Origin: Clostridia bacterium
Lineage (GTDB): Bacteria > Bacillota > Clostridia > Oscillospirales > SIG627
Assembly: GCA_017507325.1 (NCBI GenBank)
Contig: JAFWBD010000059.1
Coordinates: forward strand, 6,294 to 70,293
DNA: 64,000 nucleotides
Direction of reading: 5' to 3'
A program made the position numbers and the translations under genes. The first letter of the stretch is position 1. Each line of letters begins with the position of its first letter. The notes under the pieces were generated by a model that saw only the letters and a list, made by a program, of their open reading frames with translations, did no database searches and was not told the origin of the DNA. This document shows, piece after piece, positions 8,697 through 18,029 of the stretch.

Positions 8697-8770
8697 AAGA
8701 TTCCCCGATACCCGCACAGGTCTTTGTACCGCAAGGACACAGAGCACGGGCATCGGGGATCTTCTTTTTT
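8697..8770 (+). terminator. Long hairpin terminator after spoIVA
   Basis: AAGATTCCCCGATACCCG...CGGGCATCGGGGATCTT followed by a T-run. Confidence 0.75.
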
Positions 8771-8835
8771 GTTACTTCTTTCTTTTCAAAATGGATTGAA
8801 TTTATCCGAAGTTCGTGTTATAATAAAGTGAATAT

Positions 8836-9357
8836 TTATTTTTCCGTTTTGGAAAAATACCCCATCGGGTGCTTGCAGACAGGGCAGATTTGCGGTGCCG
8901 AGTCGCCCGTATAATGATGGCCGCAGTTTTGACAGATCCAGATCTTTTCCGTTCCGCCCGAAAACAAGGAATTGTTCTCCAGCTGCAAAAGAAGAGATCG
9001 AAATCGTTTTTCATGCTCTGCTTCGATCTTCCCCACCATTTCAAAGGTGGCGGCAATCTCCTTCAGCCCCTCTCTTTCGGCTTCCGCAGCGAAATCCGGG
9101 TACATGATTCGGTTCTCGTGGAATTCCGCTTCCGCGGCATGCAAAAGATTCTGACTTGTGGTTTGAATGCATTCCAGCAGATCCAAATAGATTTTAGCGT
9201 GGGCCTTTTCGTTTTTGGCCGTTTCCAAGAAAATATCCGACAGTACCGAAAGTCCTTCCTTTCGCGCCCTTTCCGCAAAGAATTCATACAGGAGGGCAGC
9301 GCTCGCCTCTCCGTTTACCGCAGCTCTGAGGTTTTGCTCCGTTTTGGTTCCTTTCAT
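8836..9357 (-). CDS. rbr: Rubrerythrin
   Basis: MKGTKTEQNL, GEASA, NEKAHA, YPDFAAEAEREG, EAEH, WICQNCGH..CPVCKHP. Confidence 0.93.
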   Translation of the reverse strand: MKGTKTEQNLRAAVNGEASAALLYEFFAERARKEGLSVLSDIFLETAKNEKAHAKIYLDLLECIQTTSQNLLHAAEAEFHENRIMYPDFAAEAEREGLKEIAATFEMVGKIEAEHEKRFRSLLLQLENNSLFSGGTEKIWICQNCGHHYTGDSAPQICPVCKHPMGYFSKTEK

Positions 9358-9420
9358 CAAAAACACTCCTTTCCTGCGGTTATTTTTTCCGAAAAACCAT
9401 TCATTATGCAAAGGTGTATT

Positions 9421-10302
9421 ATGAATCTCTATTCCGTAACACAACTAAAGGATCTTTTGGAACGGCACGGATTTTTCTTCAAGAAAAATCTCGGCCAGAA
9501 TTTCCTTTTAAATGAAAGCACAGCCTTGCGTATCGCAAGCTCCGCCTTTGAAACGCTCTCTCACAAGAAAAAGACCTTGGCCGTGGAGATCGGTCCCGGT
9601 GCAGGGGCTCTGACACTGCAGCTCTCGGAGCTTTTTGACCGCGTGGTTGCCATTGAGATCGATCCGCATCTGATTCCGATTCTGGAAGAAAGCCTTGCGG
9701 GAAGGGATAACGTTACCGTTATGAATACCGATGCCCTTCGCTTCGATTACAAGGCCTTGGAGAGGGATTTTCCCGATTACGAAATTGCGGTTTGCTCCAA
9801 CCTGCCCTATTATATCACCAGTGAATTGATTATGCGGTTTTTGGAGAGCGAAGTCCCCTTTGCCTCGGTGACGGTCCTCATTCAAAAGGAAGCCTGCGCC
9901 CGTCTGATCTCAAAGCCCGGCTGTGCCGATTACGGCTCAATCACCGCCGCTGTTTCCTACTATGCCCGAGCGGAAAAGCTTTTCTTGGTGGGGCCCGGAA
10001 ATTTCATCCCGAAGCCGAAGGTGGATTCCGCCGTACTCCGTTTGATCCCTCACGCTCACCCACCCGTTGAAGTAATGCAAGAATCCTTCTTCTTCAAGAT
10101 CATCCGTGCCGCCTTTTCCGCACGCAGAAAAACCCTACCGAATGCTCTCGGGGTTGCCTTGGGGGAGCTCTTCACCAAGGAAGAAATTGCCGCCGCCTTA
10201 GAGGAATGCGGGATCTCGCTGACAGAGAGAGGTGAAAATCTCTCCTTGAATCAATTTGCGGTTTTGTCCAATACGCTTTGTAAAATAAAGGATAGAAAAT
10301 GA
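9421..10302 (+). CDS. rsmA: 16S rRNA m6,2A dimethyltransferase
   Basis: KKNLGQNFL, EIGPGAGALT, AIEID, SNLPYYIT, FIPKPKVDSAV, RRKTL. Confidence 0.96.
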   Translation: MNLYSVTQLKDLLERHGFFFKKNLGQNFLLNESTALRIASSAFETLSHKKKTLAVEIGPGAGALTLQLSELFDRVVAIEIDPHLIPILEESLAGRDNVTVMNTDALRFDYKALERDFPDYEIAVCSNLPYYITSELIMRFLESEVPFASVTVLIQKEACARLISKPGCADYGSITAAVSYYARAEKLFLVGPGNFIPKPKVDSAVLRLIPHAHPPVEVMQESFFFKIIRAAFSARRKTLPNALGVALGELFTKEEIAAALEECGISLTERGENLSLNQFAVLSNTLCKIKDRK

Positions 10303-11651
10303 AAAAAATTACCGTCTTTTTTGCCGCTCTTTTGGCGGTGCTCTCCTTCACCGCGGCCCCCAAGGCCGCTAAAATTGAAAATCTGGAAAGCATTTATGCA
10401 GGCCTTACCGCAAGTATTTATAAGCCCTATTACGAAAAATCGCCTTATTACGAGGCTTATCGGAAGGAAATCGAGGCCTTAAGCGACTTTCTCAAGCAGC
10501 CCGAGCATCCTCAAGAGGAGATCGATCGGCATCACGAGGCCATCCGAATGGCCTTTGCCAATCTGATGCACGACAGCTTTGATTATTCCGCCCTTTTTGA
10601 AATTGCCGAATTTTACAAGAAAATGGATCTTTCCCTTTTCACGGAGGATTCCCGTCGCGGTCTGGAAAAAGCGATGGAAGCTGTGTTCTATGAATTGAAA
10701 ACACCCACGGTATATCAAAGAGGAACCTTCGATACGGAGCTTTCTTACCGAAGCGTTGTTCAAGAAAACATTGATTCGGTCGAGGAGAGCTTTTTGAGGG
10801 CTTACAGCGCTCTTTCCTTCGTGCCACCCGAGGGACCGATCTCAAAAGATAAGCTTGAGGCTGTTTTGAACCTATGCCAAACGACAGCAAGAAAGGATCA
10901 GATGAGCCAAAGTATCAAGTGGCCTGCCTATGAAAAGGCCGTTACCTCCGTTACGGCAACGCTGGAATCGCCCTCGGCCGACGAGGCCTTCTGCGGGGAG
11001 CAGGCTGTGCTGCTTTTGGATGCTTATCGGAATTTGCTTTTGGACGTATTGGATTTTATGCCTGTTTCCAAATACGTCAATTACTTTGCCACCTTTGACC
11101 CCAATACCTACGTTTCCCAAACCTGGAGTCAATTTGCCGCCGCGGTTTTTGCGTTGGAGGACGTTTCGTTACGCTACCATTTCTTTTACACAAGAGAGAG
11201 TTGTGATGCCGCTTCCTTCCGCCGTCAGACCGACCTGTATTTCTCCACCATCACCGCCGAGGCTCAAGAAGCCTTGGAGCAGCTGATTCCCCTCAGCGAC
11301 TTTGAAGCGCTGCACTCTCTTTGCAACCGTTATCGCGGACTAAAGGTCACCGTCGGGCTGGAACTCAAGCACAACAAGGTGATGCTTGCGGTTTCCCGCG
11401 GACTCTCCTTGCTTTCCGATCCCGAAAGCACCGGCAGTGACGTTGCCGCGGCTTTAGCGGATTTACAGGAAATTGTCAGCGAATACGAGAGAGCTTTGGA
11501 ATTTTTAAATGAAAACGGAACGGCCACGGATCTTCAAAACCGAAAAGCCATGCAGTTGACCCTGGTGTTTTCGCTGGTTTCCGTTGTGCTTGCTTTGGGC
11601 TTTGCGGTTTCCGCCTCCTATAAAAAGAACGGAAGGATCGATTTGAACTGA
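10299..11651 (+). CDS. Secreted helical protein with C-terminal membrane anchor (FIVAR-like repeats possible)
   Basis: N-terminal signal peptide (..AAPKA), amphipathic helical segments, C-terminal TM plus basic tail; overlaps both neighbours. Confidence 0.7.
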   Translation: MKKITVFFAALLAVLSFTAAPKAAKIENLESIYAGLTASIYKPYYEKSPYYEAYRKEIEALSDFLKQPEHPQEEIDRHHEAIRMAFANLMHDSFDYSALFEIAEFYKKMDLSLFTEDSRRGLEKAMEAVFYELKTPTVYQRGTFDTELSYRSVVQENIDSVEESFLRAYSALSFVPPEGPISKDKLEAVLNLCQTTARKDQMSQSIKWPAYEKAVTSVTATLESPSADEAFCGEQAVLLLDAYRNLLLDVLDFMPVSKYVNYFATFDPNTYVSQTWSQFAAAVFALEDVSLRYHFFYTRESCDAASFRRQTDLYFSTITAEAQEALEQLIPLSDFEALHSLCNRYRGLKVTVGLELKHNKVMLAVSRGLSLLSDPESTGSDVAAALADLQEIVSEYERALEFLNENGTATDLQNRKAMQLTLVFSLVSVVLALGFAVSASYKKNGRIDLN

Positions 11652-12367
11652 TGGAAAATACGTACAGAATCGCGGAGCTGGTGATTCGGATGAAGCCCGA
11701 ATACGCCCCCCTTCTCCCGCAATCCGAAGCCTATCGCTACGATGGAAGGGAGGAGTATGACTATCGAATTCATATCAGCGAAGAAATGTACCTCGAATAT
11801 GAAAAGAGATTTCCCGAGGCAGATCGACCGCTGATCGAATATATGATGACGGGAGCCCAATTTTATTCCGCGCTGATCCATCGGCAAGGACTTCTGCTCC
11901 ACGCCTCTGCCGTGGAGCTGGACGGCAAAGCCTATTTGTTCTCCGCCCCCAGCGGAACGGGAAAATCTACCCATACCTCCCTTTGGCTGAAGGAATTTGC
12001 TCCCCGTGCTCGGATTTTGAACGACGATAAGCCCGCTTTGCGCCTGCAAGACGGGAAATTCTACGTTTACGGAACCCCTTGGAGCGGAAAATCCGATCAA
12101 AGTCTCAACCTTAAGGTCCCCCTCCAAGGGATCGCCTTTTTATCCCGCGGAGAAGAAAACCGAATTTCTCACGCTTCCTCGCTTTTTGCCATCCGCTCCG
12201 TTTTGGAGCAAACCGTACGCCCCAAGGAGCCCTCGGCGGCCTCCATGCTGATGGATCTGATCAATCAATTGGTGCAATACGTTCCCATTTATACATTGCA
12301 GTGCAATATGGAGCCCGAGGCGGCTCACGTTTCCTATCAAACCATGTTAAAAGGAGAAATGCTATGA
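11651..12367 (+). CDS. HPr kinase-related P-loop kinase (ScmC-like)
   Basis: LLHASAV, Walker A APSGTGKST, LNDD, GTPWSGK. Confidence 0.8.
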   Translation: MENTYRIAELVIRMKPEYAPLLPQSEAYRYDGREEYDYRIHISEEMYLEYEKRFPEADRPLIEYMMTGAQFYSALIHRQGLLLHASAVELDGKAYLFSAPSGTGKSTHTSLWLKEFAPRARILNDDKPALRLQDGKFYVYGTPWSGKSDQSLNLKVPLQGIAFLSRGEENRISHASSLFAIRSVLEQTVRPKEPSAASMLMDLINQLVQYVPIYTLQCNMEPEAAHVSYQTMLKGEML

Positions 12368-12624
12368 AAATCAAGGACGGATACCTGCTAAAGGAGATTG
12401 CGGGAAATCACGTGGTCATTCCCGTGGGAGCACTGGATTTTGACGGTATGATCAGCTTAAACGAAACCGGTGTTTTTCTTTGGCGTCTTTTGGAAAAAGG
12501 ATGTACCCAAGAAGAAGCCGTAGAGAAGCTGCTTCTGGAATACGAGGTTTCCGAGGAAATTGCCGAAAAGGACGTGGGCGCCTTTTTGGAGATGCTGAAA
12601 AAAGAAAACATTCTCCATGAATAA
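12364..12624 (+). CDS. PqqD-family RiPP recognition element (RRE)
   Basis: AGGAG RBS, ATG 12364; LKEIAG..VVIP, ISLNETGVFLW, LLLEYEVSEE.A..DV..FL. Confidence 0.9.
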   Translation: MKIKDGYLLKEIAGNHVVIPVGALDFDGMISLNETGVFLWRLLEKGCTQEEAVEKLLLEYEVSEEIAEKDVGAFLEMLKKENILHE

Positions 12625-13057
12625 AAGCATTCGCTTTGAGGAAATCATCCCCCTCATTCGGGAAGAGATCCAAAAAGGAAATTCATTTTCCTTTACAGCC
12701 TTCGGAAGCAGTATGCATCCCTATATCCGAGGCGGAAAAGATAAGGTCTGCCTTTCACCGCTCACCTCTCCTCCCAAGGAGGGAGACGTTGTTTTTTATC
12801 AACGGGAAAACGGAGCCTTCGTTCTGCACCGTATCATAAAGATCAAAAACGGGCAATATATTATGTGCGGAGACAACCAATTCTCACGGGAATTCGGAAT
12901 TCGCGCAGAGCAGATCATCGCACGGCTTTCCTTTGTGGAACGAAACGGGAAAGCGATTCGTCCCTCCTCCTTCTCTTCCCAATGCTATCGGTTTTTTTTA
13001 CCTCTGAGAAGATTTCTTCTGCATCTGCGCTACGCTTTGAAAAAATTGCTTTCATAG
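12617..13057 (+). CDS. S24/S26 family peptidase (Ser-His type)
   Basis: GSSMHPYI (catalytic Ser), GDVVFY, VLHRII (His), GDNQ; no N-terminal TM. Confidence 0.85.
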   Translation: MNKSIRFEEIIPLIREEIQKGNSFSFTAFGSSMHPYIRGGKDKVCLSPLTSPPKEGDVVFYQRENGAFVLHRIIKIKNGQYIMCGDNQFSREFGIRAEQIIARLSFVERNGKAIRPSSFSSQCYRFFLPLRRFLLHLRYALKKLLS

Positions 13058-13078
13058 CAAGGGCTGCGGAGGATTTAC

Positions 13079-13921
13079 ATGCACATTATCAAAACCGTCA
13101 ACGGGAGCAGAGGAAAATGGATCGAGGGCTTTCTTCGTCATTTATATCACGGGCACGTATTTGAAAGCTCGGCAACCCTCTCCTACTACTTCTTGTTTTC
13201 GGTCTTTCCCTTGGCCATCTTCTTCAGCGCCTCCTTTTCCACCCTGAATCTCAGCGTGGATTCCCAAGGCGTTTTAACGGGCTTCGTGCCCGATCGCATT
13301 CTGGAGGTTTTGGAGAATTATTTGGAGGAGGTCGCCTACGGAAACACCTTTTCGCTGATCCTTTTGAGCTCTTGTCTGACGGTTTATTCCTTGGGAAAGG
13401 CTCTTCAAACCATGCGCAGAAAATTCCGCGCGGCGTATGGCTTGAAGAACCGTTCTCAATCGGTATGGCAATGGATGATATCCTTTGTTTTCGTATGTCT
13501 GCTTTTGATCTCCTTTTACGCCATGCTTTTTATTATTGTGGCGGGAAATTATATTTTTCGCTATTTTCTCGCTCTGTTTCCTCTATTGGAAAAAGCTTTG
13601 CCGTCCTTTCAGTTCCTTCGTTTTTTTGCCGTAACCTGCTATCTCTTTTTCGTTCTTTTGGGGCTGTATTACGCCCTGCCGGGGATCAAACTCCAAACGA
13701 AAGACGTGTTGCCGGGCACCCTGTTTTCTTTGGTTTCGTGGGTCCTCCTTTCCTATCTGTTTTCCCTTTATCTGGATCGCTTCAGTAATTTTCAAACGCT
13801 GTACGGCTCCTTGGGTGCTATGATCGCCCTTTTGACTTGGCTGTTTCTGATCAATCTGATCCTTTTGACCGGAGCCGCTCTGAATTCTTTTTATTTTGTA
13901 AACAAAGGAAGTGCCGCATGA
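13079..13921 (+). CDS. YihY/BrkB family membrane protein
   Basis: LSYYFLFSVFP, LYYALP, LYGSLGAMIALLTWL. Confidence 0.9.
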   Translation: MHIIKTVNGSRGKWIEGFLRHLYHGHVFESSATLSYYFLFSVFPLAIFFSASFSTLNLSVDSQGVLTGFVPDRILEVLENYLEEVAYGNTFSLILLSSCLTVYSLGKALQTMRRKFRAAYGLKNRSQSVWQWMISFVFVCLLLISFYAMLFIIVAGNYIFRYFLALFPLLEKALPSFQFLRFFAVTCYLFFVLLGLYYALPGIKLQTKDVLPGTLFSLVSWVLLSYLFSLYLDRFSNFQTLYGSLGAMIALLTWLFLINLILLTGAALNSFYFVNKGSAA

Positions 13922-14388
13922 TCAACACCACCCTATGTTATTTGGAAAAAGACGGTTCTTATTTGATGCTTCACCGTATCAAAAAGGAAAACGACGTAAA
14001 CCGCGACAAATGGATCGGAATCGGCGGAAAATTTATGGATCGAGAAAGCCCTGAGGAATGCATACGCCGCGAGATCCTTGAAGAAACGGGGCTGATTCCC
14101 GATGCCCTTCGTTATCGTGGGATCATCACCTTTGTTTCGGACCGCTTTGAAACGGAATGGATGCACCTGTTTACCTCTGATCGCTTTCACGGCAATATGA
14201 TCCCCTGCGATGAGGGGGTATTGGAGTGGGTGAAAAAAGAAGAGCTTTCCCGCCTCCCCCTATGGGAGGGTGATCATATTTTTTTGGATCTGATCCAAAA
14301 AGACTGCCCCTTTTTTTCTCTGAAATTGGTTTATCGGGGAGATCGCCTTCACTCGGCTGTTTTAAATGAAAAGGAAATTTTGCGATGA
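13918..14388 (+). CDS. NUDIX hydrolase (MutT-like 8-oxo-dGTPase)
   Basis: TTLCYLE, KWIGIGGK, Nudix box ESPEECIRREILEETG, LWEGD. Confidence 0.9.
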   Translation: MINTTLCYLEKDGSYLMLHRIKKENDVNRDKWIGIGGKFMDRESPEECIRREILEETGLIPDALRYRGIITFVSDRFETEWMHLFTSDRFHGNMIPCDEGVLEWVKKEELSRLPLWEGDHIFLDLIQKDCPFFSLKLVYRGDRLHSAVLNEKEILR

Positions 14389-14404
14389 TTTCGCATTTCT
14401 TACT

Positions 14405-14431
14405 GTCCCGCCTTTCGGCGGGGCTTTTTTT
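14405..14431 (+). terminator. Terminator of the rsmA...NUDIX operon
   Basis: GTCCCGCC-TTTC-GGCGGGGC followed by T7. Confidence 0.85.
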
Positions 14432-14485
14432 GTTCTGAAAAAGAGAAGCGGCGCATATAGTGTATCAGATTGTGAGGAACCAAAA

Positions 14486-15394
14486 ATGAACGGACTGAAA
14501 AAGCACATCGCCTTTTTTCCACCGAGGATCCGCAAAGCGCTGGAGGCCTATCCCGATTGGGGCTGCATTTCGGAGATCCGCCTTCGCGGAGATATGCCCC
14601 TTTCTCTGACCCACTTTCGGGGAAACGTATTTTTAAACGAAAGCGGAGAGCAGGAAACGCCCCAAAATGCCTTACGCGCCACAAAGGAGGAGATTCGGCT
14701 TTTTGTATTGGCCTTTTGTCGCGGAAACGTTTATCGGTATTTCGACACCTTCAAGGACGGCTTTTTGGTTGATGAGGACGGATATCGCTTGGGGCTGAGC
14801 CCCGGAAAAAAGCAGCGCTCTTTCCGCTTGCCCGAGGACTTTGAGGGAGTGAACCTGCGGATTCCGCGAATGATACGCGGCGCCGCCAAGGAGCTGTTAA
14901 CGCATTTTTCTCATCAAAAGCTTGAATCCACCCTCCTCCTCTCCGCCCCCGGTGCCGGCAAAACCACCTTACTGAGAGATCTTGCCATCACCCTTTCCGT
15001 GGAAAGCGCTCCTTGGCAAGCCAAGCGTGTCTGCGTCATCGACGAGCGGGAGGAGCTGTTTCCCGATGCATTTCGGGCATCTGCGGGGCTTTGCGATATT
15101 CTGAGCGGTTATTCCAAGGCTGAAGGAATTGAAATTGCCACGAGGCTTTTTTCTCCCGAGGTGATGATTCTGGACGAGATCGGCGGCCAAGAAGATGCAT
15201 CTGCCATATTATCCGTTTGCAGCAGCGGATGCATCTTTTTTGCCTCGGCCCACGCCCGCACACTGCAGGAGGCAAAGCAGAGGCCTTTTTTGAAGCTCCT
15301 TTTGGAAGCGGGGGTGTTTTGTCATTTGGCACTTCTTGAAAAATCCGACACCGCCGATTTTCACAGCCGCATTTATTTTTCAAGTGCCTTATGA
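14486..15394 (+). CDS. spoIIIAA: Stage III sporulation protein AA
   Basis: EIRLR, Walker A SAPGAGKTTLLRD, IDEREE, SPEVMILDEIG, ASAH; CATATAGT SigE-like -10 at 14454. Confidence 0.93.
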   Translation: MNGLKKHIAFFPPRIRKALEAYPDWGCISEIRLRGDMPLSLTHFRGNVFLNESGEQETPQNALRATKEEIRLFVLAFCRGNVYRYFDTFKDGFLVDEDGYRLGLSPGKKQRSFRLPEDFEGVNLRIPRMIRGAAKELLTHFSHQKLESTLLLSAPGAGKTTLLRDLAITLSVESAPWQAKRVCVIDEREELFPDAFRASAGLCDILSGYSKAEGIEIATRLFSPEVMILDEIGGQEDASAILSVCSSGCIFFASAHARTLQEAKQRPFLKLLLEAGVFCHLALLEKSDTADFHSRIYFSSAL

Positions 15395-15891
15395 AGCTCT
15401 TCGGAATTCTTTTTCTTTCACTGATCCCGATTCTCCTGGGACTCTTTCGAAGAAGCGCCATCATCAAAAACGGCGGGATCCGCAAGGGCCTGATTTTATT
15501 GTTCGAAAGCATCCAATTTGAGATCGATACCTTTTTGCGCCCTCAGGAGGAGATTTTCACCAGATTCCAAAATCGGGACTTGGAGGAAATCGGCTTCCTA
15601 CCGCTCTTGCGGCAAGAGGTACGAAGCGATCCTTGCTTTGCTCTGAAGCGCTGTGCCGAGCTTCTGTTGGCAGAGGGATCCTTTACCGAGCGGGAAAGAG
15701 AGATGCTCTCGGATTTTTGCGAGCATTTCGGAACCCAGTCCAAAGCCGCCCAATCAGAGGACTGTCAAAGGCTTCTTTCGGTACTGCGGGAGGAGGAAGT
15801 GCGGGAACGCGAAAAGGGAAAGACCGATGCCTCGGTTTCTTTGGCGGGAGGGATCTGTCTCGGAATTGCTTTGTTTATTCTACTGATCTGA
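15391..15891 (+). CDS. spoIIIAB: Stage III sporulation protein AB
   Basis: Operon position; N- and C-terminal TM; ends GICLGIALFILLI. Confidence 0.85.
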   Translation: MKLFGILFLSLIPILLGLFRRSAIIKNGGIRKGLILLFESIQFEIDTFLRPQEEIFTRFQNRDLEEIGFLPLLRQEVRSDPCFALKRCAELLLAEGSFTEREREMLSDFCEHFGTQSKAAQSEDCQRLLSVLREEEVREREKGKTDASVSLAGGICLGIALFILLI

Positions 15892-15904
15892 TAAGGAGAA
15901 AACA

Positions 15905-16099
15905 ATGGACGTAACCTTGATGTTGAAAATCGCGGGAGTCGGAATGCTTTCGGGGGTTTTATGTCAGATTCTGAAAAGCAACGGAAAAGAGGAGCAGGCA
16001 GGATTCGTTACCTTAGGCGGGATTATTTTGGTGCTTTTGATGCTGATCGGAGAAATCTCCGCTCTCATCAATACGGTACGCAACACGTTTGGCATATGA
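15905..16099 (+). CDS. spoIIIAC: Stage III sporulation protein AC
   Basis: MDVTLMLKIAGVG..QILKSNGKEEQA; 64 aa. Confidence 0.93.
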   Translation: MDVTLMLKIAGVGMLSGVLCQILKSNGKEEQAGFVTLGGIILVLLMLIGEISALINTVRNTFGI

Positions 16100-16482
16100 A
16101 CGCTGTATTTTCGGCTTGCTTTTTTGCCATTTTTACGGTGATTCTTCTGGGGATCTCCGAGCACATTTCCCCTCGCTTCAAGGCTCCGATGCTGGCGGGA
16201 GCCGGTATTCTCCTTTTTTTGATCATGCTTTATTACTTTGCTCCGGTTTTGAAAAAGCTCAGAGAAATCGCAGATTACGCCGCCATGGGAGAAGGATTTT
16301 CTATACTTTGGAAGGGTCTCGGTGTTTCCCTTGCGGTCTCCGTTACCGCATCCTTTTGCCGCGATCTTGGAGAAGAAGGCGTGGCCTCCAAGCTGGAAAT
16401 GTGCGGTAAGGGAGCGGTGCTTTCGCTGACCCTTCCGATTCTGGAGGACGTTTTGGATCTGATCGGGGAGATGCTGGGATGA
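16096..16482 (+). CDS. spoIIIAD: Stage III sporulation protein AD
   Basis: ATGA overlap; KGLGVS..ASFCRDLGEEGVASKLEMCGK..LPIL. Confidence 0.9.
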   Translation: MNAVFSACFFAIFTVILLGISEHISPRFKAPMLAGAGILLFLIMLYYFAPVLKKLREIADYAAMGEGFSILWKGLGVSLAVSVTASFCRDLGEEGVASKLEMCGKGAVLSLTLPILEDVLDLIGEMLG

Positions 16483-17588
16483 AACGAATACGGATCGGAA
16501 TTTTTATCATCGCCGCGATGCTCTTTGTGCTTCCCTTCTCCGTCTCTGCGGCCCAAGATGACGATATCCGAGCGTTTTCGGATTTTGATTCTCTTTGGGA
16601 CGCGCTTCCTTCCGAAGTCGAGTGGGAAGGCGTTCAAGCTCTTTTGGAGGGAGAGGATCCCAAGGGAATCTTTGCGTATTTCGGAGAAAAGATCTTGGCA
16701 TACTGCAAGGAAGGCTTTCAAAAGCAGATCGGCTTTTTCATCGGTCTTTGCCTGATTCTTTTGATCAGCGCCGTAACCGAAAGCGTCAAGGACAGCTTTT
16801 CCCCTTCGCTTCGCGGAGCCTTCGATCTTCTGTTTCTTCTTTCGGCAACGGTGTTTTCCTATGAGCATTTTTCCGAAACTCTCTCGGAGGCCGCAATGGC
16901 CACCGAGGGGATCGCATCCTTTATGATCGCCGTGCTTCCCGTTAACGCCATGCTTCTGACCCTTTCGGGCTCCGTAAAAACCGCCGTTGCTCAAAACACC
17001 AATATCAGCCTTGTACTTTCCATATTTTCCACCTTAATCCACAGCGTTCTGATGCCCCTTTGCAAAGCGCTTTTCTGTTTTTCCTTCCTATCGGGTCAAG
17101 AGAAGTCCCCCTTGAAGGGTATGATCGTCTTTGGTAAAAAGACCGTCAAAACCATCTGCATTTTCTGCTTTTCCACCTTGCTTGGTATTCTGGGACTGAC
17201 TCACGCGCTGGCAAGCTCGGCCGATTCGGTGGCCATGCGCTCCGTTCGCTTTGCGGCAGGAACCTTCATTCCCATTATCGGATCCGCCGTGGGTGAGGGC
17301 AGCAAAACCCTCGGTGCCTCACTCCGACTTGTAAAAACACAGTGCGGAGTGCTTTGTATCGCGGTGCTTGCGATTCTGATCCTAAAGCCATTGTTGCTTC
17401 TGTACATACAAAAGCTGTTTCTGAGCTTTGCCGCCTCCGTGGGTGAAATTCTGGGGGAGAGCCGTTGCAGCGGATTTTTCCGATCCATCGGACAAGTATT
17501 GGATCTGATCGCGGCTCTTCTGATCTCGCAAGGCTGCTATTTGATCTTTTATATCACTCTTTTTATCAACAGCGGAGGAAATCTGTAA
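16479..17588 (+). CDS. spoIIIAE: Stage III sporulation protein AE
   Basis: Polytopic membrane protein; RFAAGTFIPIIG motif; operon position. Confidence 0.9.
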   Translation: MKRIRIGIFIIAAMLFVLPFSVSAAQDDDIRAFSDFDSLWDALPSEVEWEGVQALLEGEDPKGIFAYFGEKILAYCKEGFQKQIGFFIGLCLILLISAVTESVKDSFSPSLRGAFDLLFLLSATVFSYEHFSETLSEAAMATEGIASFMIAVLPVNAMLLTLSGSVKTAVAQNTNISLVLSIFSTLIHSVLMPLCKALFCFSFLSGQEKSPLKGMIVFGKKTVKTICIFCFSTLLGILGLTHALASSADSVAMRSVRFAAGTFIPIIGSAVGEGSKTLGASLRLVKTQCGVLCIAVLAILILKPLLLLYIQKLFLSFAASVGEILGESRCSGFFRSIGQVLDLIAALLISQGCYLIFYITLFINSGGNL

Positions 17589-18029
17589 ATGGAACGCTTC
17601 TCCTACGTACTGATCCTGTATTCCGTTCTTTCGGTACTTCTGCGTTTCTTTTTTCCGAAAGAGGAAAAATCGCCTCTTTATCCTCCCCTGCAATTTCTCC
17701 TTTCTCTCTTGGTACTGCTGTCCATTTTCTCTCCCATCACTTCCCTGTTCCGAAATAACCCCTTTGAAAACTTGCAGCTCCCCGAAGAAATCACAGAGGA
17801 GGACAGCAGTCACAGAAGGCTTTTGGAAAAGACCTTAACTCGTATGCAGGAAAGCGCTCAACGGGCCTTTCCCGAGAAGGAATTTCACCTGACGATGACC
17901 GTGAGCGAAGGACAGATCCCCCTTGGGATCACCGTTCATTGCAAAACCGAAGAAACGGGGCTTGCCGTAGCCGGCTTTTTGGAAGCCAACTATTCCCTGT
18001 TCTGCACTTATCAAACCGAGGAAACGTAA
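17589..18029 (+). CDS. spoIIIAF: Stage III sporulation protein AF
   Basis: Two N-terminal TMs then IFSPI; operon position. Confidence 0.75.
   Translation: MERFSYVLILYSVLSVLLRFFFPKEEKSPLYPPLQFLLSLLVLLSIFSPITSLFRNNPFENLQLPEEITEEDSSHRRLLEKTLTRMQESAQRAFPEKEFHLTMTVSEGQIPLGITVHCKTEETGLAVAGFLEANYSLFCTYQTEET

Noticed and set aside
8869-9420. Long N-terminal extension of rsmA in the ORF track
   Set aside because: Antisense to rubrerythrin; RsmA homology starts at ATG 9421
11500-11651. 450-aa protein as a sortase B substrate
   Set aside because: No LPxTG/SPxTG/NPxT-type motif before the C-terminal TM
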